Virus record (IMG/VR): IMGVR_UViG_3300002061_000003
DNA: 64,000 nt
Strand: one strand, 5' to 3'
DNA from: a virus
In this document: positions 25,468 through 34,919 of the stretch, piece after piece
Position numbering within the stretch: the stretch's first letter is position 1
Layout of the letters: each line of letters starts with the position of its first letter
Notes under the pieces: generated by a model
Seen by the model: the letters and a program-made list of their open reading frames with translations, nothing else
What the model was told of the DNA's origin: nothing
The model's database searches: none
Translations under genes and position numbers: made by a program

Positions 25468-27918
25468 ATGACTCCGATGGAAATACAAGCACTAGCCCCA
25501 GGTAAGAAAATTGCTCAAGGCGGTTACGGTAATCCCAAAGCTTCAATCGTATTCGTGGGCGAATCTCCAACAGCTGCAGAATTAGTCAAAAATGAAGCCA
25601 GTAAAGCTGTGCTAAAAGTTCTCGGAGATGTCTTTCCAGACTCATTCGATGCCGAGAACTTTTACTACATCAATGCGGTTCCATATCTCGTACCTAAAAC
25701 CAAAGACACTAAACGTAATACCGAGCTGACTGAAAAAGCTGCAATGGCTTGCCATAAATATATTACCGACGAACTTGCAAAGCATCCCCGAAAGATTATT
25801 GTATGCTTAGGTAATACAGCTATGTGGGCAGTGAATAATGACATCACTACACGCATTACACGTATTCGTGGACAAGTATTTGATTCACCCTTAGCCGAGC
25901 ATGGTATCTTAGCATCTGTACACCCATCCTTCTTACTTCGTGGTGGTGGTTCATATACTAAGTTCAAAAGAGACATCAACTATGCACTGGATATTGCACG
26001 AGGTGTACCCCGCAAAGTATGGGATCAACCCAACTATGAAGTCTCACGGGATGAACAAGACGTAAAGGCATTCATTGATGTCACGTTCCTAGCGGCGGAA
26101 AGACTGAATGATTTCGATCTTGGGGCGGATATTGAAACGGGTGGCTTTGATCACATGGATGATGAAGTTCTTTGTCTTGGTTGGTGTGTTGATCCCGGCA
26201 TGGTATATATTGCTCAGGAAGAGCATTTAGAAGCCCTCCATCATCGTGACTTCATGGTTCCGCGTTTACTTGGCGGTGTTTTTAATTGGGTCTGGCATAA
26301 CGGTAAGTTTGACGTTAAGTTCATGCGTACTCAAGGACATCTAAAGTCTGGTGTGGATCATGATACTATGCTCATGTCATACACAATGGAAGAGCGTGGC
26401 GGATTTCATGATCTTGACCAAGTAGCCTCTGATGAGCTTGGCGCACCCTATCACAAGGATATGCTTGAGGAATATCTACCAAGCAAGAAGTCATCTTATA
26501 GGGTTATTCCTAAACCTGTTTTACATGAGTATGCTGCATATGACGTATCGAAAACGAAAGGTATGCATACTCAGATGCTTAAACGCATCGAAGCCGATTC
26601 CAAAAACAAAAAACTATACCACCGAGTATTACTTCCAGCATCTGAACTCTTGTCAGAAGTGGAAGAGAATGGTATGCTTGTCGATATGGATAAGCGGGCT
26701 GAGAATGTAACCTACTTTGAAAACATCATGGCTGAGCACGCCGAAGCTTTGAATGCCATTGCTCTTGAGATCAACCCTGGTGCATTCTATAAGACTTCAG
26801 GTCCTAAGAGAGATGGTGGTGGACGTATCATTAAGGGCATCAATCCTAACAGCCCTAAACAGATCGGGGACCTGCTTTACAATCAACTCCGTCTAGCCAA
26901 AACCAATAAAGGTACTGGAGCCGATGTTCTTGAAAAATTGCCAGCACACCCCGCAGTTACCGCACTTCAGAAGCACCGCAAAGCCGCTAAAGCTTTCGGC
27001 ACTTATGTTAAGCCCTTGCCAGATCAAGTCTCTTCCGATGGACGAGTGCATTCAACTTATCTTATCCATGGTACTGCAACAGGCCGTCTCTCATCTCGCG
27101 GACCAAATATGCAAAACCAACCTCGCGATCCACGGATCAGAGGACAGTTTATTGCCGCAGAAGGCCATATGCTCTGCGAGATGGATTTGGATCAGGCTGA
27201 ATTGCGGTGTCTCGCAGCTCTGTCTGGAGATGAAGCCCTTTGCCATATCTATGAAACCGCAGGTCTATCTCTCCACAAAGTCGTTTCCAAAGAGATTTGG
27301 GGAGATGATTGGGTAGAGAGATATGCTCTAGACCTTCCAGGCAATGCGGATTATGATCAGGCCAAAGAAGAATACATGAGAACGAAGGCTTTGAACTTCG
27401 GTATTGTGTATGGCCGTGAAGCAAATTCCATTGCACAAGAATTTGAAATACCTACCGAAGAAGCTCAGCGTATGATTGATGGCTGGGCTAATCAATTTCC
27501 AACAGCCTGGAAGTTTATCGGTAAATGCCGTAATGCTCCTATCAAAGGGCAAAACCTGACAACTCCGTTCGGCCGTCGAAAGCGTGCTGGGGTCATCAGT
27601 CGTGAGAAGATTCGGGATCTTCAAAATGAAGCTTCCAACTTTCCTCACCAGTCGATTGCATCAGACATCACTTTGATGTCAGCAGTTAAAGTTCGTCCAT
27701 GGTTGAAAGAGCGTGGAATTAAGATCGTTAACCTTGTGCATGACGCTATCATTGTTGAATATCCGGATGATCATGATCTGTTCATTGAGATGGCCAACCA
27801 TGTAACTACCGAAATGGAAAAGACTCCGATAGAATGGGGCATTGATCGGATACCGTTCTCTGCTGATGCTAAAACAGGAAAACGTTGGGGCGATCTGAAA
27901 GACACGCCATTCAAATAA
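25468..27918 (+). CDS. polA: Family A DNA polymerase with N-terminal UDG-like domain and 3'-5' exonuclease
   Basis: UDG fold (VFVGESP, NAV, LGNTA, HPSFLLR); Exo I/II/III (DIET, HNGKFD, YAAYD); TGRLSS, DLDQAELR, KALNFGIVYG, VHD. Confidence 0.95.
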   Translation: MTPMEIQALAPGKKIAQGGYGNPKASIVFVGESPTAAELVKNEASKAVLKVLGDVFPDSFDAENFYYINAVPYLVPKTKDTKRNTELTEKAAMACHKYITDELAKHPRKIIVCLGNTAMWAVNNDITTRITRIRGQVFDSPLAEHGILASVHPSFLLRGGGSYTKFKRDINYALDIARGVPRKVWDQPNYEVSRDEQDVKAFIDVTFLAAERLNDFDLGADIETGGFDHMDDEVLCLGWCVDPGMVYIAQEEHLEALHHRDFMVPRLLGGVFNWVWHNGKFDVKFMRTQGHLKSGVDHDTMLMSYTMEERGGFHDLDQVASDELGAPYHKDMLEEYLPSKKSSYRVIPKPVLHEYAAYDVSKTKGMHTQMLKRIEADSKNKKLYHRVLLPASELLSEVEENGMLVDMDKRAENVTYFENIMAEHAEALNAIALEINPGAFYKTSGPKRDGGGRIIKGINPNSPKQIGDLLYNQLRLAKTNKGTGADVLEKLPAHPAVTALQKHRKAAKAFGTYVKPLPDQVSSDGRVHSTYLIHGTATGRLSSRGPNMQNQPRDPRIRGQFIAAEGHMLCEMDLDQAELRCLAALSGDEALCHIYETAGLSLHKVVSKEIWGDDWVERYALDLPGNADYDQAKEEYMRTKALNFGIVYGREANSIAQEFEIPTEEAQRMIDGWANQFPTAWKFIGKCRNAPIKGQNLTTPFGRRKRAGVISREKIRDLQNEASNFPHQSIASDITLMSAVKVRPWLKERGIKIVNLVHDAIIVEYPDDHDLFIEMANHVTTEMEKTPIEWGIDRIPFSADAKTGKRWGDLKDTPFK

Positions 27919-27943
27919 ATTGATGGGCTAAAAATTTTGCCAA

Positions 27944-27972
27944 TTGATTTCCCTTATGGATGGTGTTATAAT
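27944..27972 (+). promoter_or_regulatory. Sigma70-like promoter
   Basis: TTGATT-N17-TATAAT. Confidence 0.75.
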
Positions 27973-27998
27973 ATAGGATAAAGCGAGGATTCGTATAA

Positions 27999-28277
27999 AT
28001 GAAAACCCTAGAACAGCGCACTCAAGCGTATTGGAACGTATCATCCAGATGGAATGGACGTTCGAACAACAAGAAACCACTGCGCACTTGTGATGCTTTG
28101 CGGGCTATTGGGAGTGTTACAGCTGTGACCTTCAATCAACGTCCATTAGCTACACGCGCAGCAATTCTGCAGAAGGCAATTATTTGCCATGGAAGCAGCA
28201 AACGCAAACGTCTTGCAGATAAAGGTGTTCATGCTGAACCTGCAGCCGTCGCAAGTTTGATTCAAGCTGAGGTATAA
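27999..28277 (+). CDS. Basic hypothetical protein
   Basis: GAGGA RBS; first gene after the promoter. Confidence 0.65.
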   Translation: MKTLEQRTQAYWNVSSRWNGRSNNKKPLRTCDALRAIGSVTAVTFNQRPLATRAAILQKAIICHGSSKRKRLADKGVHAEPAAVASLIQAEV

Positions 28278-28510
28278 TGTCCGATCCAAAATCATTCACT
28301 GAAAAGCATATGGATAAGCTAACCCAGCCTATCTATGGCACACCCACTGGTAGGCTTTCAACAAGCCAACCTGAAATGCAAGAACTTCCAGGTCCTCGTG
28401 GAATTAACGAAAGCTTTATGGAAGAACCTCTATCACTCGCCGAAATCGATTATGCTCAGGCAGAGCTTCGAATCATGGCATTCCTCTCAGGAGAAGATAT
28501 CAATGACTGA
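28277..28510 (+). CDS. Mini-protein made of the PolA palm motifs (fragment of a family A polymerase)
   Basis: GTPTGRLSTSQPEMQELP...EIDYAQAELRIMAFLSGED; GAGGT RBS; TAATG and ATGACTGA couplings. Confidence 0.7.
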   Translation: MSDPKSFTEKHMDKLTQPIYGTPTGRLSTSQPEMQELPGPRGINESFMEEPLSLAEIDYAQAELRIMAFLSGEDIND

Positions 28511-30815
28511 CCAATTGGTTGCAGACATCCACCCATCACTTGACGAATTCACTATGCCGTTGATTCGTGATGTCTGGGCAAAGAAATACAAGTGGGGCGA
28601 TGAACAGTCCATGTTCGATACTATCAACCGTGTTGTTGATGGTGTTTATGCTAAAGATGGAAGCGGTGAAGCACAGCAACAAATGCGTTACTTTATGTTG
28701 GCAGGTCTTTGGATGCCCGCAGGTCGTATTCTCGCTGGTGCAGGTACTTCGAAAAAAGTAACGTTGATGAATTGCTACGTCAATGGTACAGTGCCTGATT
28801 CAATGGAGGGAATTCATACCGCTATCGGGAATGTGATGTTTACACTTCAGCAAGGTGGTGGTATTGGGACAGACTTCTCAACGCTCCGTCCAGCGGGAGC
28901 CGCATTGAAGCGTACTGGTAAAGGTTCTGCAGCTTCTGGACCAATTCCATTTATGACGCAATGGGATGCAACTTCGAAGACTGTAAAGTCAGCAGGTGAT
29001 CGTCGTGGTGCTATGATGGCTACTATGTCAGATTGGCATCCTGATCTACCCGCATTCATCCAATGCAAACGTGAACGTGGGGTGATGGAGCAATTCAACA
29101 TTTCCGTTTTGGTTTCTGATGCCTTTATGGAAGCCGTAGAAGCCGATGCGATGTGGAGTCTCCACTTTCCTGCTGAGCCCGCTGAAGAGCGTGCATCTGA
29201 ATTAGTGGAACAAGATTTTGAAAAAGATGGCGTTACCTATTACGTCTATTCCGTTTGGAAGGCTCGTGACCTTTGGAATATGATCATGGAGAACACTTAT
29301 GATTATGCTGAGCCTGGTGTCATTTTCATTGACCGTGTTAACGACCTTAACAATCTACAGTATTGTGAGACTATCCGTTGTACTAACCCATGTGGAGAAC
29401 AACCGCTCCCACCTCATGGCGCTTGCGATCTTGGCGCTGTCAATCTATCCCGTCTGGTCGATGATCCTTTCACGTCTAACGCCGATGTTAATTGGGATAT
29501 GTTATCGAGGGTTGTCGCAGCTGGAGTGCGTTTCCTGGATAATGTCATCGACGTAACCCAATACCCGCTTGAAGAGCAAGCACAAGAACAATACGATAAG
29601 CGTCGTGTAGGTTTGGGTATTAGCGGTTTGGCTGATGCGTTGGCTCAAATGAAATTGGTATATGGCAGCAATGAAGCAGTTGCTATGACAGACAAGATCA
29701 TGAAAGCCATTGCCGAAGCTGCTTATGAAGCATCAGCTATGTTGGCTCAAGAACGTGGAGCTTTTCCTCTCTTCGATGCCGACAAAATCAATCGCCATTT
29801 CCTGGAGCAGCTTGATCCTCGAATTACGGATATGGTGAATGATCTGGGTCTACGTAATGGTGTTCTCCTAACCATTGCACCTACTGGCACCACTTCTTTG
29901 GTGTATGGGAACATTTCATCGGGGCTGGAGCCTAACTTCGCACATAGCTATAACCGGAAAGTGTTCTCATCCAACAACGAACATCAGGCTGAGACTTACG
30001 AGGAGGTTAAGACATATTTGTATAGCCTGCATCAGCGTCACGGTGATGGCTATAAAAACCCTGAAAAGCTTTTGGATCTGGACTACATGATCACAGCTCA
30101 AGAGTTGCCGGTTGATGCTCATCTACGTATGCAAGGTGCATGTCAGAAATGGGTTGATGCTTCTATTTCCAAAACCATTAACTTGCCTGAAGACATCACC
30201 TTTGGAGATTTTCAGGCCGTATATCTTCGGGCTTACGCTCTAGGGTGTAAAGGATGTACGACTTATCGCCCTTCCGATGTTCGAGGTTCTGTGCTTTCAC
30301 TTGCCTCAGACAAACCTGAAGAAGTCAAAGAAGGCCGCCCAGAAGCTTTGCCTGGCCTTACGTATAAGATCAAATGGCCTTCTTGGAATGCTTCCATCTT
30401 CTTAACCATCAACCATTACACTGACAACACACCTTGGGAAATTTTTATCCAGTCCAAAGATGCTCGTCATCAAGAATGGGTGACAGCTTTGACGGTGATG
30501 ATCTCAGCGTTGATGCGTTCTGGGATGGATGTCCAATTCATTGTCAAAGAATTGCAGGCTATCAAATCGACACATGATGGTGCTTTCTTGGAAGGTAAGT
30601 ATTATGGTTCGTTGCTTGCCCGTATCGGTGAAGTATTGGAACGTCATTTTCAATCTGAAGGTGTTATTGCAGTTGAGCCTTCAACCGAACCTGTAGAGGT
30701 AAATACTAAGGTTGAGATTCGGGGAGATGTTTGCCCTGAGTGTGAAGCCCCTTCAATGGTAATGGCAGAAGGTTGCATGAAATGCACTAACTGCGGTTAC
30801 TCCAAATGCGGTTAG
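28503..30815 (+). CDS. nrdJ: Class II (B12-dependent) ribonucleotide reductase
   Basis: PAGRIL, LMNCYV, GGGIGTDFS, TNPCGEQPL, CDLGAVNL, IAPTGTTS, GCKGCTTYR; C-terminal CPEC..CTNCGYSKC ribbon. Confidence 0.95.
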   Translation: MTDQLVADIHPSLDEFTMPLIRDVWAKKYKWGDEQSMFDTINRVVDGVYAKDGSGEAQQQMRYFMLAGLWMPAGRILAGAGTSKKVTLMNCYVNGTVPDSMEGIHTAIGNVMFTLQQGGGIGTDFSTLRPAGAALKRTGKGSAASGPIPFMTQWDATSKTVKSAGDRRGAMMATMSDWHPDLPAFIQCKRERGVMEQFNISVLVSDAFMEAVEADAMWSLHFPAEPAEERASELVEQDFEKDGVTYYVYSVWKARDLWNMIMENTYDYAEPGVIFIDRVNDLNNLQYCETIRCTNPCGEQPLPPHGACDLGAVNLSRLVDDPFTSNADVNWDMLSRVVAAGVRFLDNVIDVTQYPLEEQAQEQYDKRRVGLGISGLADALAQMKLVYGSNEAVAMTDKIMKAIAEAAYEASAMLAQERGAFPLFDADKINRHFLEQLDPRITDMVNDLGLRNGVLLTIAPTGTTSLVYGNISSGLEPNFAHSYNRKVFSSNNEHQAETYEEVKTYLYSLHQRHGDGYKNPEKLLDLDYMITAQELPVDAHLRMQGACQKWVDASISKTINLPEDITFGDFQAVYLRAYALGCKGCTTYRPSDVRGSVLSLASDKPEEVKEGRPEALPGLTYKIKWPSWNASIFLTINHYTDNTPWEIFIQSKDARHQEWVTALTVMISALMRSGMDVQFIVKELQAIKSTHDGAFLEGKYYGSLLARIGEVLERHFQSEGVIAVEPSTEPVEVNTKVEIRGDVCPECEAPSMVMAEGCMKCTNCGYSKCG

Positions 30816-30823
30816 GATAGACT

Positions 30824-31402
30824 ATGCAACTTTGCGATTGGGAAATAAGCCAGTTATGCGATTCTTCTAACGTAGCTGACGGTTCACGCTGGAGACCTAT
30901 GTTGGATCCTTTCGTGATGGAGAAATCTCGGATGGGATCTCTTTCTTACGGTCTTGGCCATTTCGGCTATGATATCAGGTTGGGTGATGCACTTGTAATA
31001 CCTGAGCGTGTTATGAGGCCGATAGATCCAGCAACTGAAACAGATCTCAGCACGTTACCCTATACTAACTTTGACTTGGAAACTCGGGCAGCAGTTCTCG
31101 AGCCAGGTCAAATGGTGATGGGTGGTACTTTGGAATACTTTTGCATTCCAGCTAATATCGTTGCTGTGGTTCACGATAAGAGTACGTTAGCCCGTTTAGG
31201 GCTAGCAGTTCAAAACACGGTTCTCGAACCTGGATGGAATGGTTTCCTCACAATGGAAATTACCAATCATGGGGTGAATGACATTGTCTTGAGTTCTGGA
31301 ATGCCTATTGCTCAAGTAATCTTTTACCAAGGTGAATTCCCTGATAGTGTATATGAGGGTAAGTACCAGAATCAACGTAAAGGGGAGGTTGCTCGATCAT
31401 GA
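30824..31402 (+). CDS. dcd: dCTP deaminase
   Basis: SYGLGHFGYDIRL, DKSTLARLG, LEPGWNGFLTMEI, IAQVIF, YEGKYQNQ. Confidence 0.92.
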   Translation: MQLCDWEISQLCDSSNVADGSRWRPMLDPFVMEKSRMGSLSYGLGHFGYDIRLGDALVIPERVMRPIDPATETDLSTLPYTNFDLETRAAVLEPGQMVMGGTLEYFCIPANIVAVVHDKSTLARLGLAVQNTVLEPGWNGFLTMEITNHGVNDIVLSSGMPIAQVIFYQGEFPDSVYEGKYQNQRKGEVARS

Positions 31403-31965
31403 GTAAACTAGGTATGAAGTTGATGATTGTGGGCTATGCGCGTCACGGTAAAGATACTGTGGCAGATTTGCTTACAGAGCATTATGACATGCATTTTGTT
31501 TCGTCATCCTATTTTATGGCTGAACGTGTTGTACTGCCTAAGATGCAAAAAGCTTGGCAACGATATCGTTCGGCTAGCCCTATCAAGGTTGAAAAACCTC
31601 CATTCCCTGAATATGCGGATCTTGACGAAGCCTATGCTGATCGTGTAAATCACCGGCAATTCTGGTTTGAGGCTATCAAAGAAGCCAACGAAGACGATCC
31701 GGCTTTTCTGTCTACAGCCATCTTTGCGGAATTTGATCTGTATGTAGGGAATCGTAACCCTCGTGAATTTCATGCAGCCAAATGTATGGGTCTTTTCGAC
31801 TTTTCAATCTGGGTGGATGCTTCTGAGCGTATGCCTCCCGAGGGTGAAGAGTCTAATGGCATTCAACCTTGGATGACAGATTATATTCTGGACAACAACG
31901 GTACTCCAGAACATCTGGAACGCAACCTACATCGTCTGATGGCTACCTTAGCCAAGAAGCGATAA
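31399..31965 (+). CDS. Deoxynucleoside monophosphate kinase
   Basis: P-loop IVGYARHGKDTVA; GNRNPREF; WVDASER; located among nucleotide-metabolism genes. Confidence 0.75.
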   Translation: MSKLGMKLMIVGYARHGKDTVADLLTEHYDMHFVSSSYFMAERVVLPKMQKAWQRYRSASPIKVEKPPFPEYADLDEAYADRVNHRQFWFEAIKEANEDDPAFLSTAIFAEFDLYVGNRNPREFHAAKCMGLFDFSIWVDASERMPPEGEESNGIQPWMTDYILDNNGTPEHLERNLHRLMATLAKKR

Positions 31966-32034
31966 CCCATGCATTGGTATCTACCTTACGCATACTACCT
32001 ATATCAACTATACAAAGAAGAAGGAAACAAAGAA

Positions 32035-32931
32035 ATGGATGACACCACTTCAGCGGGAGAAGAGATGGTTCAGCTCGAGCGTCCCAAGTGCGCCGCTATG
32101 GATGATCTGATGGCTCAAGGTACGATCCCTGTACTCGATAAGGGTATGATCCGCGTCGTCGATTATATGGGTGATGATGCTGCTGTCGCTCAAGCCGCCC
32201 GGACATCATATGGAACTGGAACGAAGACCGTCAATGAAGATCGTGGGCTGATTCGTTATCTGATGTCACACTGGCATACCACACCTTTTGAAATGTGCGA
32301 AATCAAGCTGCATGTGAAACTGCCAGTCTTCGTCGCCCGTCAGTGGGTGCGTCATCGGACCGCGAACATCAATGAGTATTCGGCTCGTTACTCGGTGCTG
32401 GATCGTGAATTTTACTTCCCTGAGCCTGAGCAGATTGCAGCACAATCACAATCGAATGCTCAAGGGCGTGAAGAGGTTTTTGATCGTGCTCAGGCACTCG
32501 ATGTTCGGCAGTGGATTATGGATCATTCCGAATTGTCGTACAACCTCTACAGCAATCAGCTTGACGATGGGTTAGCTCGGGAATTAGCTCGGATGAATCT
32601 GCCTCTCAATATCTATACCCAGTGGTACTGGAAAGTAGATGTCCACAACTTTATGCACTTCTTGCGACTCAGAGCTGATCCCCATGCGCAATACGAAATT
32701 CGTGTGTATGCCGAAGCTCTTTGCGAGATCTTGAAAGTTTGGATGCCTGTCACATACGAAGCATTCGAAGACTACCGCCTCAATGCGCTTCAACTGTCTA
32801 GCATGGAATATGATCTGGTGCAGCAGATGATTGACAATGCAGGTAAGGTCGATCCGGCATCTGAATCTTGGACAAAGCTTTCTAAGCGCGAGAAGAAGGC
32901 TTTTGAGGATAGGTTTCAGCCTATCGTATAA
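32035..32931 (+). CDS. thyX: Flavin-dependent thymidylate synthase
   Basis: [42 protein letters not shown]. Confidence 0.97.
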   Translation: MDDTTSAGEEMVQLERPKCAAMDDLMAQGTIPVLDKGMIRVVDYMGDDAAVAQAARTSYGTGTKTVNEDRGLIRYLMSHWHTTPFEMCEIKLHVKLPVFVARQWVRHRTANINEYSARYSVLDREFYFPEPEQIAAQSQSNAQGREEVFDRAQALDVRQWIMDHSELSYNLYSNQLDDGLARELARMNLPLNIYTQWYWKVDVHNFMHFLRLRADPHAQYEIRVYAEALCEILKVWMPVTYEAFEDYRLNALQLSSMEYDLVQQMIDNAGKVDPASESWTKLSKREKKAFEDRFQPIV

Positions 32932-32935
32932 CGAA

Positions 32936-33008
32936 CGGGATCAACCGGAGACATCAAGCTGATCCCGCTCTAAGGGGGTAGACAACCACACCTACCCCCT
33001 TTTCTTTT
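32936..33008. terminator. Paired hairpins where the two genome arms converge (bidirectional terminator)
   Basis: CGGGATCA/TGATCCCG and AAGGGGGTAG-ACAACCACAC-CTACCCCCTT followed by TTCTTTT. Confidence 0.85.
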
Positions 33009-33405
33009 ACTTGAAGAACCGATCCTTCAAGATATTCAAGACTTGTGGACCTGCTAGACCTGCTAAGATAAACAGGATAAGCAATTCCCAAAGGCTAGGT
33101 AGAGATTTTACCTCCCAGCCTTCTAAAGGCAAAGCACTTACAATGACAAGAGCTGCCAAGTAGAGAAGGCAAATGCCTTGCAGGACGCTTTGCATCAAGA
33201 CCGTCATAAATGGTCTTCGATCGCTTAACACCGCTTCGGTCTCGAAAGCTGCAATTCCCAAGTCCGTATCAGCAGCTGTCTTAGCCATCTGAACATCGCC
33301 ACGAACTTTAAATTGATCCGTCTGGGTTTTGAAATATCCACCGGCAATGTCAACCAATGGACCAGCTAAGAATTTACCGACGATTGAAAGGAATGTACCA
33401 ATCAT
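33007..33405 (-). CDS. Holin-like membrane protein (GTA 3TM holin type)
   Basis: Amphipathic N-terminus, 'SDRRP', two C-terminal TM helices; downstream of the endolysin. Confidence 0.6.
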   Translation of the reverse strand: MIGTFLSIVGKFLAGPLVDIAGGYFKTQTDQFKVRGDVQMAKTAADTDLGIAAFETEAVLSDRRPFMTVLMQSVLQGICLLYLAALVIVSALPLEGWEVKSLPSLWELLILFILAGLAGPQVLNILKDRFFK

Positions 33406-34496
33406 AGTGTCTTCCCCCTTTGATGATCGTCAATACGTGCTGCGCGTGCTTTTTGAAGTTGGAACCAAAGATAGAGGCTCACCACACCAAGAATAGCACA
33501 CACAACGTACTCAGGACTGGCAAAGCGATCAATAAGCTCTTTACCTCGATCCCAGTAGGTGGCGCCGAGGATAGAGATAGTACCCAGAATCCCAGCACCA
33601 GAACCTCGATCACTAGCAGCAACAATTCGACTATTACCAAGATCCTTACCAGACGCATCTTGTCTCTCTTCGCTGAGCGGTCTTTTCCATCCTGCGCTGA
33701 TGGACTCGCCAAGAGATTTCCATGTTTCCCCACCGACTCGTACCTTTCCATCTACGGTAAGAACCATATCTGCTTGATAGTCTCGGACGCCAGCTTCGGT
33801 TAGGGTTCCGAAGTCTCCATCGACCGATCCAATACGGTAATTACACTGTTTCAAACGTGTCTGTAGTTCGAAGACATCAGAGCCTTCAGAACCAAGACGG
33901 AGAAGAGGTGTTGAACTGCTGTCACCCAATACAGCTTCAGCGCGTGCCAGATACTTACGACGGTCAGCCATGCCATTGTAGCCACCGTTGATACGTTTCG
34001 TAGCCCCCTTGAAATCACCACGATCGGCAAATTCATTCAGGTTGCGAGTTTCCCAATACCAGAATGCACTCAAGATAGCCCAAGGGAACTCGGCTAGCAA
34101 TTCTGGGTTCTGCTCAAAGTCTGGGCAATCGGGATAAAGTTTGCGGCACCACTCTGTGAACTCAGCATGGTTAGCTCGTCCAGTTGTTTGGATAATGCCA
34201 TGACCTCTAAATTTCTTGCCATCACCTTTCTGGGTATTACCCAAATCTCGGCGACCCTCATAAGCACGTCCTGAAGCATACTCAACAGTCGTTCTAAAGC
34301 CTGCAGCTTCATGACATGTTTGTGCCAAGAAATAAGTCTGCCTAGCAATAGTATTGACTTCGAATTGAACCATAAGCTCGTTGATGACTTCCGCCATCTC
34401 TCGAAGAATATATGATTGCCTTGCCTTCTCAGGATGCTTGTTTGAGAGTTTTGGTGCGATGGCCCTCAACATCGATTCGGTGATTTGTTTCATCAT
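33402..34496 (-). CDS. Endolysin: GH19 catalytic domain, PG-binding domain, C-terminal TM helices
   Basis: FLAQTCHE, YEGRRDLGN..KGDG..FRGHG.IQ.TGRAN; LRLGSEG...LQ.RL...VDGDFG..TE..VR.YQ. Confidence 0.9.
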   Translation of the reverse strand: MMKQITESMLRAIAPKLSNKHPEKARQSYILREMAEVINELMVQFEVNTIARQTYFLAQTCHEAAGFRTTVEYASGRAYEGRRDLGNTQKGDGKKFRGHGIIQTTGRANHAEFTEWCRKLYPDCPDFEQNPELLAEFPWAILSAFWYWETRNLNEFADRGDFKGATKRINGGYNGMADRRKYLARAEAVLGDSSSTPLLRLGSEGSDVFELQTRLKQCNYRIGSVDGDFGTLTEAGVRDYQADMVLTVDGKVRVGGETWKSLGESISAGWKRPLSEERQDASGKDLGNSRIVAASDRGSGAGILGTISILGATYWDRGKELIDRFASPEYVVCAILGVVSLYLWFQLQKARAARIDDHQRGKTL

Positions 34497-34514
34497 GTCT
34501 CCTAGCCTTGCGGC

Positions 34515-34919
34515 TTAATCTACTTCTACGTATAGGTCTATCTCAATGGGACGAAGTGGAATAATCCCGAAGAGTCTTGGCGACCAAAAAACCTGGTAAT
34601 GATAGTCTTGGGTAATGCAACGAGCAGCCCAATGATCAATAGACCAGATAGCATATGGAAGTCCATTATCCTTATACCTGAATTCGGCTGTATCGGAACA
34701 TGGTGTAGAACCGTCGACAGGTCGAATATGTTCCGAGTATTTGATAATGGGTATCTTTAGCCATTGCTTCATTGGAAACGTTCGATACGATTTGACTTGC
34801 GCACCGTTAATAGTAACCAAAGAAGGGTTAAAAAGTATTTTAGGAGGAATAGCAATCCAAACTACCAGTACGGTAGCTATAACTGCGAGACACCAGAATA
34901 CAATCTTTAGCTTGTTCAT
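34515..34919 (-). CDS. Membrane-anchored hypothetical protein in the lysis cassette
   Basis: N-terminal TM helix. Confidence 0.7.
   Translation of the reverse strand: MNKLKIVFWCLAVIATVLVVWIAIPPKILFNPSLVTINGAQVKSYRTFPMKQWLKIPIIKYSEHIRPVDGSTPCSDTAEFRYKDNGLPYAIWSIDHWAARCITQDYHYQVFWSPRLFGIIPLRPIEIDLYVEVD

Noticed and set aside
28335-28502. N-terminal extension of the RNR ORF in the ORF track
   Set aside because: Overlaps the mini-PolA ORF in another frame; a GGAG RBS and coupled ATG at 28503 give a normal NrdJ start
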